DNA of 64,000 nucleotides from Gemmatimonadales bacterium (GTDB lineage Bacteria; Gemmatimonadota; Gemmatimonadetes; Gemmatimonadales; GWC2-71-9). The notes beneath the pieces are model-generated. The model did not search any database. It had not been told where the DNA came from and saw nothing but the letters and a program-made list of their open reading frames with translations. The stretch is taken from NCBI GenBank assembly GCA_037189525.1, contig JBBCJC010000001.1:608001-672000 (forward strand), in the 5' to 3' direction. Positions 1 through 11,645 of the stretch are shown here, piece after piece; the first letter of the stretch is position 1; every line of letters starts with the position of its first letter. The position numbers and the translations under genes were made by a program.

Positions 1-275
1 GGGCACTCGGGTGGCCGGATGCGTTCCTGACCGGCGATGCCGTGGTGCGCAACCGGCTGGGCGGGCTTTCGCCGCGGTTGGCGGAGGAACGATCGGAGTC
101 GTGGCGGCCTTGGCGGAGCTATGCGACCCTGCACCTGTGGAAGAGCGAACCACCCCGAGATGCAGCGAAATCGAAGCGCGGTCCCGTATCCAAGCATGCT
201 CGGCCGGCCGGTCGCAGCAAGGAGTCAAACCGCCACTGGCGCCGGCCGGCCGCTGTGACGACTCTACCAGGATAG
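1..275 (+). CDS. alkA: DNA-3-methyladenine glycosylase II (AlkA/Ada-AlkA), C-terminal part; runs in from the window edge
   Basis: Frame 3 is open from base 3: ALGWPDAFLTGDAVVRNRLG...WRPWRSYATLHLW, the HhH-GPD C-terminal signature of AlkA. Confidence 0.85.
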   Translation, partial: ALGWPDAFLTGDAVVRNRLGGLSPRLAEERSESWRPWRSYATLHLWKSEPPRDAAKSKRGPVSKHARPAGRSKESNRHWRRPAAVTTLPG

Positions 276-321
276 CGCGAGAGCGTCGTCAGACACCACG
301 TGGCGGAAATGGAGCAGCAGC

Positions 322-807
322 ATGACCAAGCCGGCGAAGATTACGATCTGTCTGTGGTACGACCGCGATGCGGAGGAAGCGGCCACGTTCTATGCATCCG
401 TCTTCCCCAATTCGTCCGTCCAGAAAGTTTCCCGCGCGCCGGGTGATAATCCGTCCGGGAAGAAGGGCGATGTCCTGACAGTCGAGTTTACCGTGCTGGG
501 CATCCCGTGCCTCGGAATCAACGGCGGGCCCACGTTCAAACATACGGAAGCGTTTTCATTCCAGGTCGCGACCGACGATCAGGCCGAAACCGATCGCTAC
601 TGGAATGCGATCGTCCAGAACGGCGGCCAGGAGAGCGTCTGCGGCTGGTGCAAGGACAAGTGGGGAGTGTCGTGGCAGATAACCCCGGTGGCGCTGACCC
701 AGGCCGTAGCAGATCCGGACCCGGCCGCAGCACAACGGGCCTTCGAGGCCATGATGCAGATGAAAAAGATCGATATCGCCGCTATCGAAGCGGCCCGTCG
801 CGGTTGA
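322..807 (+). CDS. VOC/PhnB-like protein (3-demethylubiquinone-9 3-methyltransferase-like family)
   Basis: KITICLWYD, NGGPTF, DQAETDRYWNAI, CGWCKDKWGVSWQI; GGAG RBS upstream. Confidence 0.88.
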   Translation: MTKPAKITICLWYDRDAEEAATFYASVFPNSSVQKVSRAPGDNPSGKKGDVLTVEFTVLGIPCLGINGGPTFKHTEAFSFQVATDDQAETDRYWNAIVQNGGQESVCGWCKDKWGVSWQITPVALTQAVADPDPAAAQRAFEAMMQMKKIDIAAIEAARRG

Positions 808-927
808 CGACCCGGGTGCCCCAGCGGACGGAGGTCGCGGAATTTTCGAGCGCGCGGTTGTAGTCGGACGGAAGGATGACGGCGACGGTGCCGGCAAATG
901 CGGGCACCGAACGTCACTAACGACAGC

Positions 928-1398
928 TCAAGAATACAGCATCGGCGGCGTCTTGCCTCGCAAGCGCGCGTACACCGCGAGCGACCCACGATGGTGGGCC
1001 GTGTGATCGATGAGCGCGGTCACGACAGCGAGTTTCGGGACACTGCCCATGATGGACGGGTCCGCAATCGGCTCCGCCAGTTCGGCATCGGTCGACCGCT
1101 CCACCACGGCAACGGCCGTCGCAAAGGCACGATCGAGCCACGCGACCGCCTCTGCGAGTGACGTCACAGCGCGCGCTTTCGCAATCGACGCTTCGAAATC
1201 GAGACCCCATCCCTTCCCGAACGCTCCCTCGACAAACCACTCGATCGCATCGGCCGAATGGGCGATATGCCCGGCAACCGTGTATAGCTCCTGGTCCGGG
1301 GCAAAACCCGCGTCGGATTCATCGAAGACCGAGGTCGTGGTCCCGAAAAGCTTGCGGGCATACTTGAGCTGCTCGACGAGCAAACCGGAGGTCGCCAT
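928..1398 (-). CDS. DinB family protein
   Basis: Four-helix pattern with His residues HIAH and HTAHHRGSLAVYARL. Confidence 0.8.
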   Translation of the reverse strand: MATSGLLVEQLKYARKLFGTTTSVFDESDAGFAPDQELYTVAGHIAHSADAIEWFVEGAFGKGWGLDFEASIAKARAVTSLAEAVAWLDRAFATAVAVVERSTDAELAEPIADPSIMGSVPKLAVVTALIDHTAHHRGSLAVYARLRGKTPPMLYS

Positions 1399-1621
1399 AG
1401 GAATCCTTAGCCGTTAAGAGGTTCGGTATTTGTTCGGCATCAAACATGGGGTACCACCCCGGGCCCGTCAAGAAGCCAATCAGCCCATAGCCAATCGGTG
1501 TGGTGGCCCAAAACGACCCGGTCCCCGAGAACGCCCGAGCACTGCCGAGATGACGATTTCCTGGAGCTACGCAGGAAGAAATTATCCGCCGCGCGGCAAG
1601 GTGCTCAAATTCTGAGAGATC

Positions 1622-1649
1622 TTGCGCCGGTCCGACGCCACCGTACCAT
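1622..1649 (+). promoter_or_regulatory. Putative sigma70-like promoter of the ankyrin gene
   Basis: TTGCGC (1622-1627), 16-nt spacer, TACCAT (1644-1649). Confidence 0.4.
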
Positions 1650-1650
1650 T

Positions 1651-1786
1651 GACGAGGGCGTGCGGGGCGCCCCCTCGTCCGCGGGAAGGACCGAGTCCAC
1701 CCGAGTAGCACCCAGGAATGGCCGGTTCATTCGAACCTCCTTCGCCCGACGCAAGCGGACCCCGGGCATCGTCAAGGAGGCTCGTC
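1651..1786 (+). ncRNA. Candidate structured cis-regulatory 5' leader RNA
   Basis: Several hairpins. Anti-SD CCTCCTT (1736-1742) is complementary to SD AAGGAGG (1774-1780); GAAGGA (1685-1690) competes for TCCTTC (1738-1743). Confidence 0.5.
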
Positions 1787-3055
1787 ATGTCCGTCCGCGA
1801 ATTGCCCGTCCGCCCGTCCCTCGACCATCTCAAGCACCAGGCCAAGGATCTGCTCCGCGCACTGCATCGTCATGATGCCGACGCGGTCGCCGATCTGCGA
1901 ACCTACCACCCCGACCCGATTACCCCGTCCGACGTCAAGCTCGGCGATGCCCAGCTGGTACTCGCGCGCAGCTACCAGGCATCGAGCTGGCCCCGACTGG
2001 TACAGGGTGTCAAGCTCGCAAACGCCATCTGGAACAACGATCTGGAGGCGGTGCAAGCTCTCATCAACGGGAACCCGCGGCTCCTCCACGAACCGGTTCT
2101 GATCCGCACCAACAGCAACTGGGGACGGCCGCTGGTCTACGCCGCCAACCTGGGCCGCGATCGGATCATCCGCTACCTGCACAGCATGGGCGCGACCGAT
2201 CTCGAGCACGCCACCGATCGCGCGGCGCTCCAGGGCAAGGTGGAAACCGCCAGGATGCTCTACGACCTCGCCGGTCGGCCGGCCATTCCCGATGACGCCC
2301 TCGGTGGGCCCGCGTACACGCTGAGCGCCGAGGGCACGGCGCTGCTGCTGAGCCTGGGGGTGCGGGTGCGCAGCGACAACGGCGAGCGATTGGCGCCGGT
2401 GGCCGTCGTTCTCGAAACCGACAGCCGGAAGCCGGCCGCCAAGCACGCCATCCTCGCGATGTACGAGCGGCACGGCCTGGAGTTGCCCGACACGCCGACC
2501 ATGGCGCTCCATCGCGGCCGGATCGATTTACTGGAGCGGCACCTCCATCGCGACCCAGGACTCCTGAGCCGCACCTTTTCGCACCGCGAGATCTATCCGG
2601 CGGAGATGGGCTGCAGAGACCCGCTCGACGCCACGGTCGGCACTCCGCTGGGCGGCACCACACTGCTCCACATGTGCGTCGACTATAACGAGTTGGAGAT
2701 CGCGCGCTGGCTCCTGGAACGCGGCATGAGCCCTGACGTTCGCGCGGCGGTGGGCTCCTCGGGGTTCGGCGGCTATACTCCGCTCTTCAACACCGTGGTG
2801 TCGCAACCCAATTTCTGGATGAACTACTGGAAGCTGCCGCCGGCCGCCCCGTTTACCGAGTTGCTATTGGAGTACGGAGCAAGCCCCAATCCTCGGGCCT
2901 CGATTTGGAAGCGGCTGCATCCGGGACATGGCGACCCCGCTCGCCACGACTATCGAGACGTGACGCCCCTCGGCTGGGGCCGCCAGTTTCACGCCCCGAT
3001 CTTCGTCAGCGTTCCGGCAATGGATCTGATCCGGAGTGCCGGCGGGCGCGAGTAG
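1787..3055 (+). CDS. Ankyrin-repeat protein with N-terminal LPVRPSLDHLKHQAKDLL helical domain
   Basis: Ankyrin-like motifs GRPLVYAANLG, GTTLLHMCVDY...WLLERG, GYTPLF...LLEYGASPN; AAGGAGG RBS before ATG 1787. Confidence 0.85.
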   Translation: MSVRELPVRPSLDHLKHQAKDLLRALHRHDADAVADLRTYHPDPITPSDVKLGDAQLVLARSYQASSWPRLVQGVKLANAIWNNDLEAVQALINGNPRLLHEPVLIRTNSNWGRPLVYAANLGRDRIIRYLHSMGATDLEHATDRAALQGKVETARMLYDLAGRPAIPDDALGGPAYTLSAEGTALLLSLGVRVRSDNGERLAPVAVVLETDSRKPAAKHAILAMYERHGLELPDTPTMALHRGRIDLLERHLHRDPGLLSRTFSHREIYPAEMGCRDPLDATVGTPLGGTTLLHMCVDYNELEIARWLLERGMSPDVRAAVGSSGFGGYTPLFNTVVSQPNFWMNYWKLPPAAPFTELLLEYGASPNPRASIWKRLHPGHGDPARHDYRDVTPLGWGRQFHAPIFVSVPAMDLIRSAGGRE

Positions 3056-3098
3056 CTGATCGCAAAGAAGCACTCTGTAACGCGAGGGCTGTGCAGCC

Positions 3099-3521
3099 AT
3101 GAAGCCACGGATTACGGTGATCACGATTGGCGTCGACGATCTCGATCGCTCGGTACGATTCTATCGGGAGGGACTCGGCTTCCCGACGGAAGGCATCGTC
3201 GGCACTGAGTTCGAGTACGGCGCCGTGGCCTTCATCGACCTGCAACCAGGTCTTCGGCTCGCGCTCTGGCCTCGACGCAGTATCGCTCACGACGCCGAAC
3301 TTCCCGTCGCTCCACAGAGCCCGACGGACTTCACCCTCGGTCACAACGTCGCGTCCCGCGCCGAGGTGGACGCCATCATGAGCCAAGCGGCACGCGCGGG
3401 GGCAAGCATCATCCGTCCCGCCCATGAAACGTTCTGGGGCGGCTACGCGGGGTACTTTGCGGATCCCGATGGCCATCTGTGGGAGGTGGTCTGGAATCCG
3501 CAATGGACCGCGCCGGCGTGA
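3099..3521 (+). CDS. VOC/glyoxalase family protein
   Basis: MKPRITVITIGVDDLDRSVRFY...FWGGYAGYFADPDGHLWEVVWNP. Confidence 0.88.
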   Translation: MKPRITVITIGVDDLDRSVRFYREGLGFPTEGIVGTEFEYGAVAFIDLQPGLRLALWPRRSIAHDAELPVAPQSPTDFTLGHNVASRAEVDAIMSQAARAGASIIRPAHETFWGGYAGYFADPDGHLWEVVWNPQWTAPA

Positions 3522-3555
3522 CGTCCATACGCCACACAAAGCTGGAGGAGATCCA

Positions 3556-4218
3556 ATGTTCGAAGCCGCGCGCGAATTGCTTTTCGGCGACGTAGCCCTT
3601 CCCGACTGGACGCCACGCAACGGCGACGATGCGGGCGCCGAGCCGTGGCTGAGCTTTGCGGCGGCTCGAGCCGCGCTGGCCAGCGGCGATCCCGCCACGG
3701 CCACCACCCTGCTCCGCCAGGTGGCGGACGCACCGGATCTCGAGCCTCGCCACACCCTCCAGGCCTGGCATGTACTACGCCAGCTGGGCATAAACCCCGA
3801 AGCCGGTATTGCCAAGCGCGTCCTGGGTGTCGTATTGGAGGTTCAGCTCGACGGCGGGCTCGACACGTTGGCTGCCTACGCAGATCATACGGCCCGCTAC
3901 TTCAATCATGGGGGTAACGTCATCGTGTGGGATGCGCCCGAGGCCGCGATCGGGCGCCTGATCGACGAGCTGTTGCGGGCAGGTCAGCAGGTGGCGGATC
4001 GGATCGGTCCCTGGGAAGGTCCGCGGCGCCCGGCGCCACCGACCGGCTCCATCCGTCTCAACCTGCTGACGCCCTCCGGTCTCCACTTCGGCGAAGGTCC
4101 CTTTTCCGTACTGAGCGCGGACCCGATGGGCGGTCCGCTCATCCATGCCGGGACCAACCTCATGCAGGCCCTGATCGCTCGAGTCGAGACTCGGAATGAT
4201 CCCGAACCACCGACCTGA
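3556..4218 (+). CDS. Hypothetical protein
   Basis: GGAGGAG RBS before ATG 3556; coding-like composition; family not recognised. Confidence 0.7.
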   Translation: MFEAARELLFGDVALPDWTPRNGDDAGAEPWLSFAAARAALASGDPATATTLLRQVADAPDLEPRHTLQAWHVLRQLGINPEAGIAKRVLGVVLEVQLDGGLDTLAAYADHTARYFNHGGNVIVWDAPEAAIGRLIDELLRAGQQVADRIGPWEGPRRPAPPTGSIRLNLLTPSGLHFGEGPFSVLSADPMGGPLIHAGTNLMQALIARVETRNDPEPPT

Positions 4219-4380
4219 CCATTACGCGTACTGACTCGCACTGCGCTCCGGTCCCAGTACCGTACCTCGTGCCCACTGCGCAGCGGCGCGTCGAAGCACC
4301 ACCTACAGGGATAACGTCGACCAACCGCAAGCACTGACCGATTCGGCCCAGGCGTGAACAGGCGGCGCCCCCGCCAGTCG

Positions 4381-5703
4381 TCAGGGCATGACCTGACTGC
4401 GTTCGATGCGGAGCCGCAGGATCCGGTCGTCGCCGGCCCGCGGCCCGCCGCGACCGTCGCGGTTGCTGGTGGTGACCCAGATCGTGCCGTCGGGCGCCGC
4501 TGCCACGGCCCGAATCCGACCCGACGACGGCAGCCCCGAGAGCAGGCTCACTTGCCGCGCAACCCATCCGTCGCCACTTCGCACCAGGTCCACGACCCAC
4601 ACGCCGCTGCGCAGCGCGGACACCAGGGCCGTCACCGCGGTGTCGCCCGGGGCAGCCGGCAGCAGGGCCAGACCCGAGGGCGCAATGGCCAGGGGCCAGA
4701 GCACAGCCGGCATCGTCACCCCCGTGGCCCGGTCGGCACCCGAGACCTCGGGCCAGCCGTACGACGCGCCGCGCCGGATCACGTTGAGTTCGTCATTCCC
4801 CGCCCGACCCCGTTCCTGCGTCATCCCCGTCGGTCCATGCTCGATGGCCAGCAGCTGGCCGTCAGGAAGCTGCGCAATGCCCTGCACGTTGCGGAAGCCG
4901 CTCGCCTCGATACGCAGACGACCGGCATCGGCACCCCGAAGCCCGATCCGCAGAATCTTGCCAGGCGCGGCATCGGCGCGCGCAGCATAGTTGGGCCAGG
5001 TGCCGTCACCGGTGCCGAGGAATAGGGTATCGCCCAGTCGCAGAAGGCCACCGCCTGCGTGATAGTGGCTCGTCGGGATGTCATCGACCAGGATACTCGA
5101 GGTCACCTGGCCATCGGAACCGCGCTCCCAGCGAAGCACCCGGGTCACGAACGGCGAAACCCGCTGCGGACCCACCGCATACAGCACCCGCCGCACGATG
5201 CGCCCCACGAATCCGTCGCCCCCGACCTGCGTGCCCCGGTGCTGGACCACGGCCGTGTACACCACGTCGCTCCCGTCCGGGGCGGTGTCGAGCGCGAGAC
5301 CCATGAGTCCCGTTTCCGGATTGATACTCTCCGCGAGCGCATAGGCCTCGATCGTTGCCCAGGGCGTGTCGGCGAGTTGCCCATGCGCATCGATCGACCT
5401 GATCCGCCCGGTTCGTTCCGTCACGAAGGCGCGACCATCGGACGCAAACGCAATCGCCCATGGGACTTCGAGGCCGGTGGCCACCGTATCGACCGCAACG
5501 GCCCGCCAGGCGGCTGAGTCGACGGTCGAAACGACCAGGGTGGGTGACGCCGTATCCGCCGGCGCCGCAACCGTCCCCGCTTCGGGGGGGGCAGGACGCA
5601 CGACGGGCACACCACACGCACCGAGCAGGAGTACCGCGGATACGACACCGACGGCGGGCGACACGACGGAGCAACGAGACGGAGTTTTCAGGCGGCCCTC
5701 CAC
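4381..5703 (-). CDS. PQQ-dependent glucose/sorbosone dehydrogenase family lipoprotein (start uncertain)
   Basis: GLEVPWAIAF, VTERTGRI, HAGG, GFRNVQG, EHGP, DELN...YGWP, GRIRAV, TSNRDGRG; LLGAC lipobox. Confidence 0.85.
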   Translation of the reverse strand: MEGRLKTPSRCSVVSPAVGVVSAVLLLGACGVPVVRPAPPEAGTVAAPADTASPTLVVSTVDSAAWRAVAVDTVATGLEVPWAIAFASDGRAFVTERTGRIRSIDAHGQLADTPWATIEAYALAESINPETGLMGLALDTAPDGSDVVYTAVVQHRGTQVGGDGFVGRIVRRVLYAVGPQRVSPFVTRVLRWERGSDGQVTSSILVDDIPTSHYHAGGGLLRLGDTLFLGTGDGTWPNYAARADAAPGKILRIGLRGADAGRLRIEASGFRNVQGIAQLPDGQLLAIEHGPTGMTQERGRAGNDELNVIRRGASYGWPEVSGADRATGVTMPAVLWPLAIAPSGLALLPAAPGDTAVTALVSALRSGVWVVDLVRSGDGWVARQVSLLSGLPSSGRIRAVAAAPDGTIWVTTSNRDGRGGPRAGDDRILRLRIERSQVMP

Positions 5704-5802
5704 AGCTAGAGTCTGACTGGCTGACGCAAGCTAGACCCCAGCGCGGGCACGGTCCAGTCGGGCGCCGACATCGATCTTCGGCGCCCGACCGCAATCACTG
5801 TC

Positions 5803-8043
<2,241 letters not shown>

Positions 8044-8131
8044 TCACTGGGTGAAATCTACTCGCAGATCGGTCGCTTGTCCCGTGTCTCGGAGCAGTTT
8101 CCAGGTACCGGAAGCGTGAAATCGTGGAAAC

Positions 8132-8168
8132 ATCATCAAGGTCTATCGCAGGTAATCACGGAACCTAT
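8132..8168. promoter_or_regulatory. Possible OxyR/LysR-type binding site upstream of katG
   Basis: ATCA-N7-CTAT-N7-AATC-N7-CTAT has the spacing of ATAG-N7-CTAT-N7-ATAG-N7-CTAT; two of four boxes are perfect. Confidence 0.4.
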
Positions 8169-8365
8169 CGTTTGACGCGAAAGCCACCCGATCCAGCCCT
8201 TTATCAGTACTCTATGCGCGAGAGATCTGACGGTAGATTGAGAGAATGTCGCAACCACTTCCTCTCGATTTCGGCGCCGAGCTCGATCGCGCCCGACGCG
8301 AATCGGCCCGGTTCGGCGAAATGATGCGATTCGGCGGTCGCTGCCTCAGGACATCGAGCTAACCG

Positions 8366-9583
8366 ATGCGACGCGCCGCGTTCCTGACACTCCTCGTCGC
8401 GCTCGGCGGCTGCCGGTCTCCAGCAGTCGGACCATTCACGTCACAACGTCTCGCGACAGTCGACTCGATTCTCCAGGCGGCCGTCTCGGTCGGCGACATT
8501 CCCGGAGCCGTGGCACTGATCACGACCCGGGACAGCATCCTCTATCTCCGCGCTTTCGGGATGCTGGAGCCGAACGGCCCGACGGCGATGGCGCCGGACG
8601 CCATCTTCCCGATCCAGTCGATGACAAAGCCGATAACTTCACTCGGCATCATGATGCTGGTCCAAGAAGGACAGATCGACCTCGATGCGCCCGCCTCCAG
8701 GTACTTGCCGGAGCTGGCCGGGCGGGAGGTTCTGGTTCGGATCGACTCAACCCGACGACAGGCTGTCACGCGCCCCGCCGCGCGCGAGGTCACCGTCCGT
8801 GACCTGCTCCGCCATACCTCGGGCATTGCCTACCCGTTCTCGAGCTACGAAGCGCTCGCGCTCGCCAGGCAGACGGATCTCGTCGACCGGAGCTTTCCGC
8901 TCCTGCACGACCCCGGGGCGCGCTGGACCTACGGCATGAGCACCGCCCACCTTGGATGGATCATCGAACGGGTGACGGGAATGCCGCTGCGTGATTTCTA
9001 TCAGGCGCGCATCTTCGGCCCACTCGGAATGCGCAACACCTCGTTCAGCCTTCCGAGAGCGCAGGCAGCGCGGCTGGCGGCGGTGTATCGCCGGCAGCAG
9101 AATGCGCTGATCGGCACGCCCCGCCCCGACTCGATCCAATTCGATGGCCGAGGCGACGGCGGCCTGCTTTCGACGGCAGAAGACTATGCCAAGTTCGTTC
9201 AGCTAATTCTCGGTAACGGCCAACGCAGCGGCGTCCGCCTGCTCGACTCGGGATGGGTTCGGGAAATGACTCGGGACCAGCTCGACGGTCTGGCGGTAGT
9301 CGAGCAGCCCGGGGCTAACCCCGCGCTGTCCGCTGCCTTCCCGCTCGGGGCCGGCCAGGATGGATTTTCGCTCGGATTTCAAGTCACCCGCAGCACTGGA
9401 CCGGATGGACGACCCGCGGGCAGTTCGAGTTGGGCCGGTCTGGCCAACACCCACTTCTGGATCGACCAGGAAAACGGCATCGGGGTCATCCTGCTGTTCC
9501 AGGTGTTGCCGTTTTATGACCCGCGCGTCATCGCAACACTGCGTAGCGTCGAGCGGAAGCTGTACGGAGTCCCCGAGCCCTGA
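8366..9583 (+). CDS. Serine hydrolase, beta-lactamase/esterase family lipoprotein
   Basis: SMTK, LLRHTSG, WTYG, WAG; LGGC lipobox. Confidence 0.88.
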   Translation: MRRAAFLTLLVALGGCRSPAVGPFTSQRLATVDSILQAAVSVGDIPGAVALITTRDSILYLRAFGMLEPNGPTAMAPDAIFPIQSMTKPITSLGIMMLVQEGQIDLDAPASRYLPELAGREVLVRIDSTRRQAVTRPAAREVTVRDLLRHTSGIAYPFSSYEALALARQTDLVDRSFPLLHDPGARWTYGMSTAHLGWIIERVTGMPLRDFYQARIFGPLGMRNTSFSLPRAQAARLAAVYRRQQNALIGTPRPDSIQFDGRGDGGLLSTAEDYAKFVQLILGNGQRSGVRLLDSGWVREMTRDQLDGLAVVEQPGANPALSAAFPLGAGQDGFSLGFQVTRSTGPDGRPAGSSSWAGLANTHFWIDQENGIGVILLFQVLPFYDPRVIATLRSVERKLYGVPEP

Positions 9584-9610
9584 CACCGGATACGAGGACC
9601 ATAGCCTTCG

Positions 9611-10147
9611 ATGACTGGAATTGTACTTACCGGCCCGCGCCTCGTCCTTCGCCAGACGACCGGCGCGGACCTGCCGAGACTGATCGACATTCTCAGGGAA
9701 CCTGAGGTAGCCCGGCACTGGAGTGAGCCCGATGACGAGGAGGATCGCACCGGACTGTTATCGGGCAACGACCCGGACGGCGCAGAGCAGATCACGACCT
9801 TCACGATCACACGCGAACAGGAAGTGATCGGCTGGATTGGCGGGTGGGAAAAACTCCACCCCGACTATCGGCACGCCGGCGTGGACCTGTTTATCGCCTC
9901 GGCACACCAGGGCAAGGGGTACGGCGGCGAGGCAGTCCGGCTCGTCTGTCGGTATCTGTTCGACCAGCGCGGCCATCATCGGATCACGATCGACCCCGCC
10001 GCCGACAACCTTCGCGCCATCCGGAGCTACCAGAAGGTCGGCTTCAAGCCGGTCGGCGTGATGCGCCGCTATGAGCGCGGCGCGGACGGCACCTATCACG
10101 ACGGCATGCTGCTCGACCTGTTGCCCGAGGACCTGCAACCCTTTTGA
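9611..10147 (+). CDS. GNAT N-acetyltransferase, aminoglycoside 6'-acetyltransferase-like
   Basis: HAGVDLFI, HQGKGYG acetyl-CoA motif, HHRITIDPAADNLRAIRSYQKVGF. Confidence 0.8.
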   Translation: MTGIVLTGPRLVLRQTTGADLPRLIDILREPEVARHWSEPDDEEDRTGLLSGNDPDGAEQITTFTITREQEVIGWIGGWEKLHPDYRHAGVDLFIASAHQGKGYGGEAVRLVCRYLFDQRGHHRITIDPAADNLRAIRSYQKVGFKPVGVMRRYERGADGTYHDGMLLDLLPEDLQPF

Positions 10148-11533
10148 TCAGCCTCCCGAGCCGTCGGGACTACTCGGGAGGCGAACCAACGGCGCCGACG
10201 CCCGGTGCTGGAAGAGGGTAAGCCGCGGCGAGAGTCCTTCCACGACATCGGCAAATTCGATCAGGATCCCCGCATCGGCGTACATGAAGAGGTTGGCCCC
10301 GATCCGGACGATGGGAAACGGATCGTTGTCATTGAATCGAGCTTCGAGTCCGCCAGCGCCTCGACGAATGGTGATCGCCAGTTTATAGGCGTCGGCCGAG
10401 TACACCCCGACTACCCGATCGACCGTCCGCTCATCGAGTGCGACCGGCGTGAACGAGGGGAGTGCCGCTCCAGTGCCGTACAGAATGCCCCAGACGGCAA
10501 AGAAAATCCGGTTGATCGGGTAGTTATAGCCGTTGACGGTCAGGGCGAGCGAGAGCGAGTCCTCGGGAACGTAGCCGACCAGCGCCGCATACGCGCCAAT
10601 CGATCCGTCGTGGGAGTAACCCGATTTCCCGGTTCCCGGAATGGTGAACGGACCTACGCCCTTGCCGTTCCGGCGGGTGCCATCGTGGAAGCCATGGGTC
10701 ATTTCGGTGAGCGAGGTTGCGCGCAGCAACCGTCCCCCGAACAATGCGGCAAGGAATCGAGTCAGGTCGTCCGTCGTTGACACCAATGCGCCGGCGCCAC
10801 CGGCGTTCTCAATGGCAAAGTCAGGCTGCCGCTCCCAGTGGCCGTCATTGAAGTAATACGAGCGCGCCTCATTGACCGTCGGGTCAACGGTCCCGCCCAC
10901 ATAGGTACGCGTGAGCCCCGCAGGCTTCGTAATACCCCTGGCTAACGCGGCCTCGAGAGACGAGCCGGTCAAACGCTCGACGATGTTGCCCAATAACAGA
11001 TAATTGGAGTTTGAGTAGCGCCGAGCCGTGCCGGGGGCGAACTGCAGTGGCTCGGCGGAAATCCGGCGCACCAGCGAATCGCCGGACTGGGCGCGCCGGT
11101 CGTCGAGCCCCCTGGTATAGTCGGCAAGACCGCTGGTATGGCCAAGCAGGTCCGAAACCGTGATGGAGTCGGCGCCGGGCAGGCCCGGATAGAATCGGGC
11201 GAGCCTGGTATCGAGCGAGAGACGCCCCTGATCGATCAGCTGATAAATCAGGGTCGCCGTGAACACTTTGGTGACCGACCCGACCCGGTAGACGGTTGCT
11301 CCGTCGGCCGGAACCCACCCCGTCGCGGCACTGTCCCGATAGCCCAGCACCCGCTGATACAGCACCCGGTCGCCCTGGCGAATCGTCACGGAGCCCATCA
11401 ATCGTCGGTTCGATTCGAGGATCTGAAACAGACTATCCAGTCGGATCCGGTACCCCGGGACCTGGGCCCAGGCGGACGCTGGAACGAAAACGAGGGTCAG
11501 TACCACTAATAGAGATATCAGCAATCGATTCAT
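10148..11533 (-). CDS. Secreted serine hydrolase (beta-lactamase/D-peptidase fold) with C-terminal extension
   Basis: Signal peptide (ASAWA-Q), SVTK, LLGHTSG, YSN, HDG. Confidence 0.88.
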   Translation of the reverse strand: MNRLLISLLVVLTLVFVPASAWAQVPGYRIRLDSLFQILESNRRLMGSVTIRQGDRVLYQRVLGYRDSAATGWVPADGATVYRVGSVTKVFTATLIYQLIDQGRLSLDTRLARFYPGLPGADSITVSDLLGHTSGLADYTRGLDDRRAQSGDSLVRRISAEPLQFAPGTARRYSNSNYLLLGNIVERLTGSSLEAALARGITKPAGLTRTYVGGTVDPTVNEARSYYFNDGHWERQPDFAIENAGGAGALVSTTDDLTRFLAALFGGRLLRATSLTEMTHGFHDGTRRNGKGVGPFTIPGTGKSGYSHDGSIGAYAALVGYVPEDSLSLALTVNGYNYPINRIFFAVWGILYGTGAALPSFTPVALDERTVDRVVGVYSADAYKLAITIRRGAGGLEARFNDNDPFPIVRIGANLFMYADAGILIEFADVVEGLSPRLTLFQHRASAPLVRLPSSPDGSGG

Positions 11534-11566
11534 TGGACCCTCATTTTATCCGTTACCATACATAGC

Positions 11567-11581
11567 GCTACAAATTGTAGC
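11567..11581. promoter_or_regulatory. BlaI/MecI/CopY-type operator 1
   Basis: GCTACA-AAT-TGTAGC with perfect inverted arms, between the divergent serine hydrolase and the repressor gene. Confidence 0.75.
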
Positions 11582-11645
11582 ATTAAGATCCGCCCGTGTC
11601 CAGCCACACCCATACCAGGACGGCCTTGACGCATGGCAATCGAAT

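Noticed and set aside
886..909. CGGTGCC/GGCACCG hairpin between convergent genes
   Set aside because: Possibly a terminator, but it lacks a U-tract on either strand; too weak to call.
8268..8322. Imperfect GC-rich hairpin between katG and the serine hydrolase
   Set aside because: Multiple mismatches, no U-tract and no second copy seen; could be chance.
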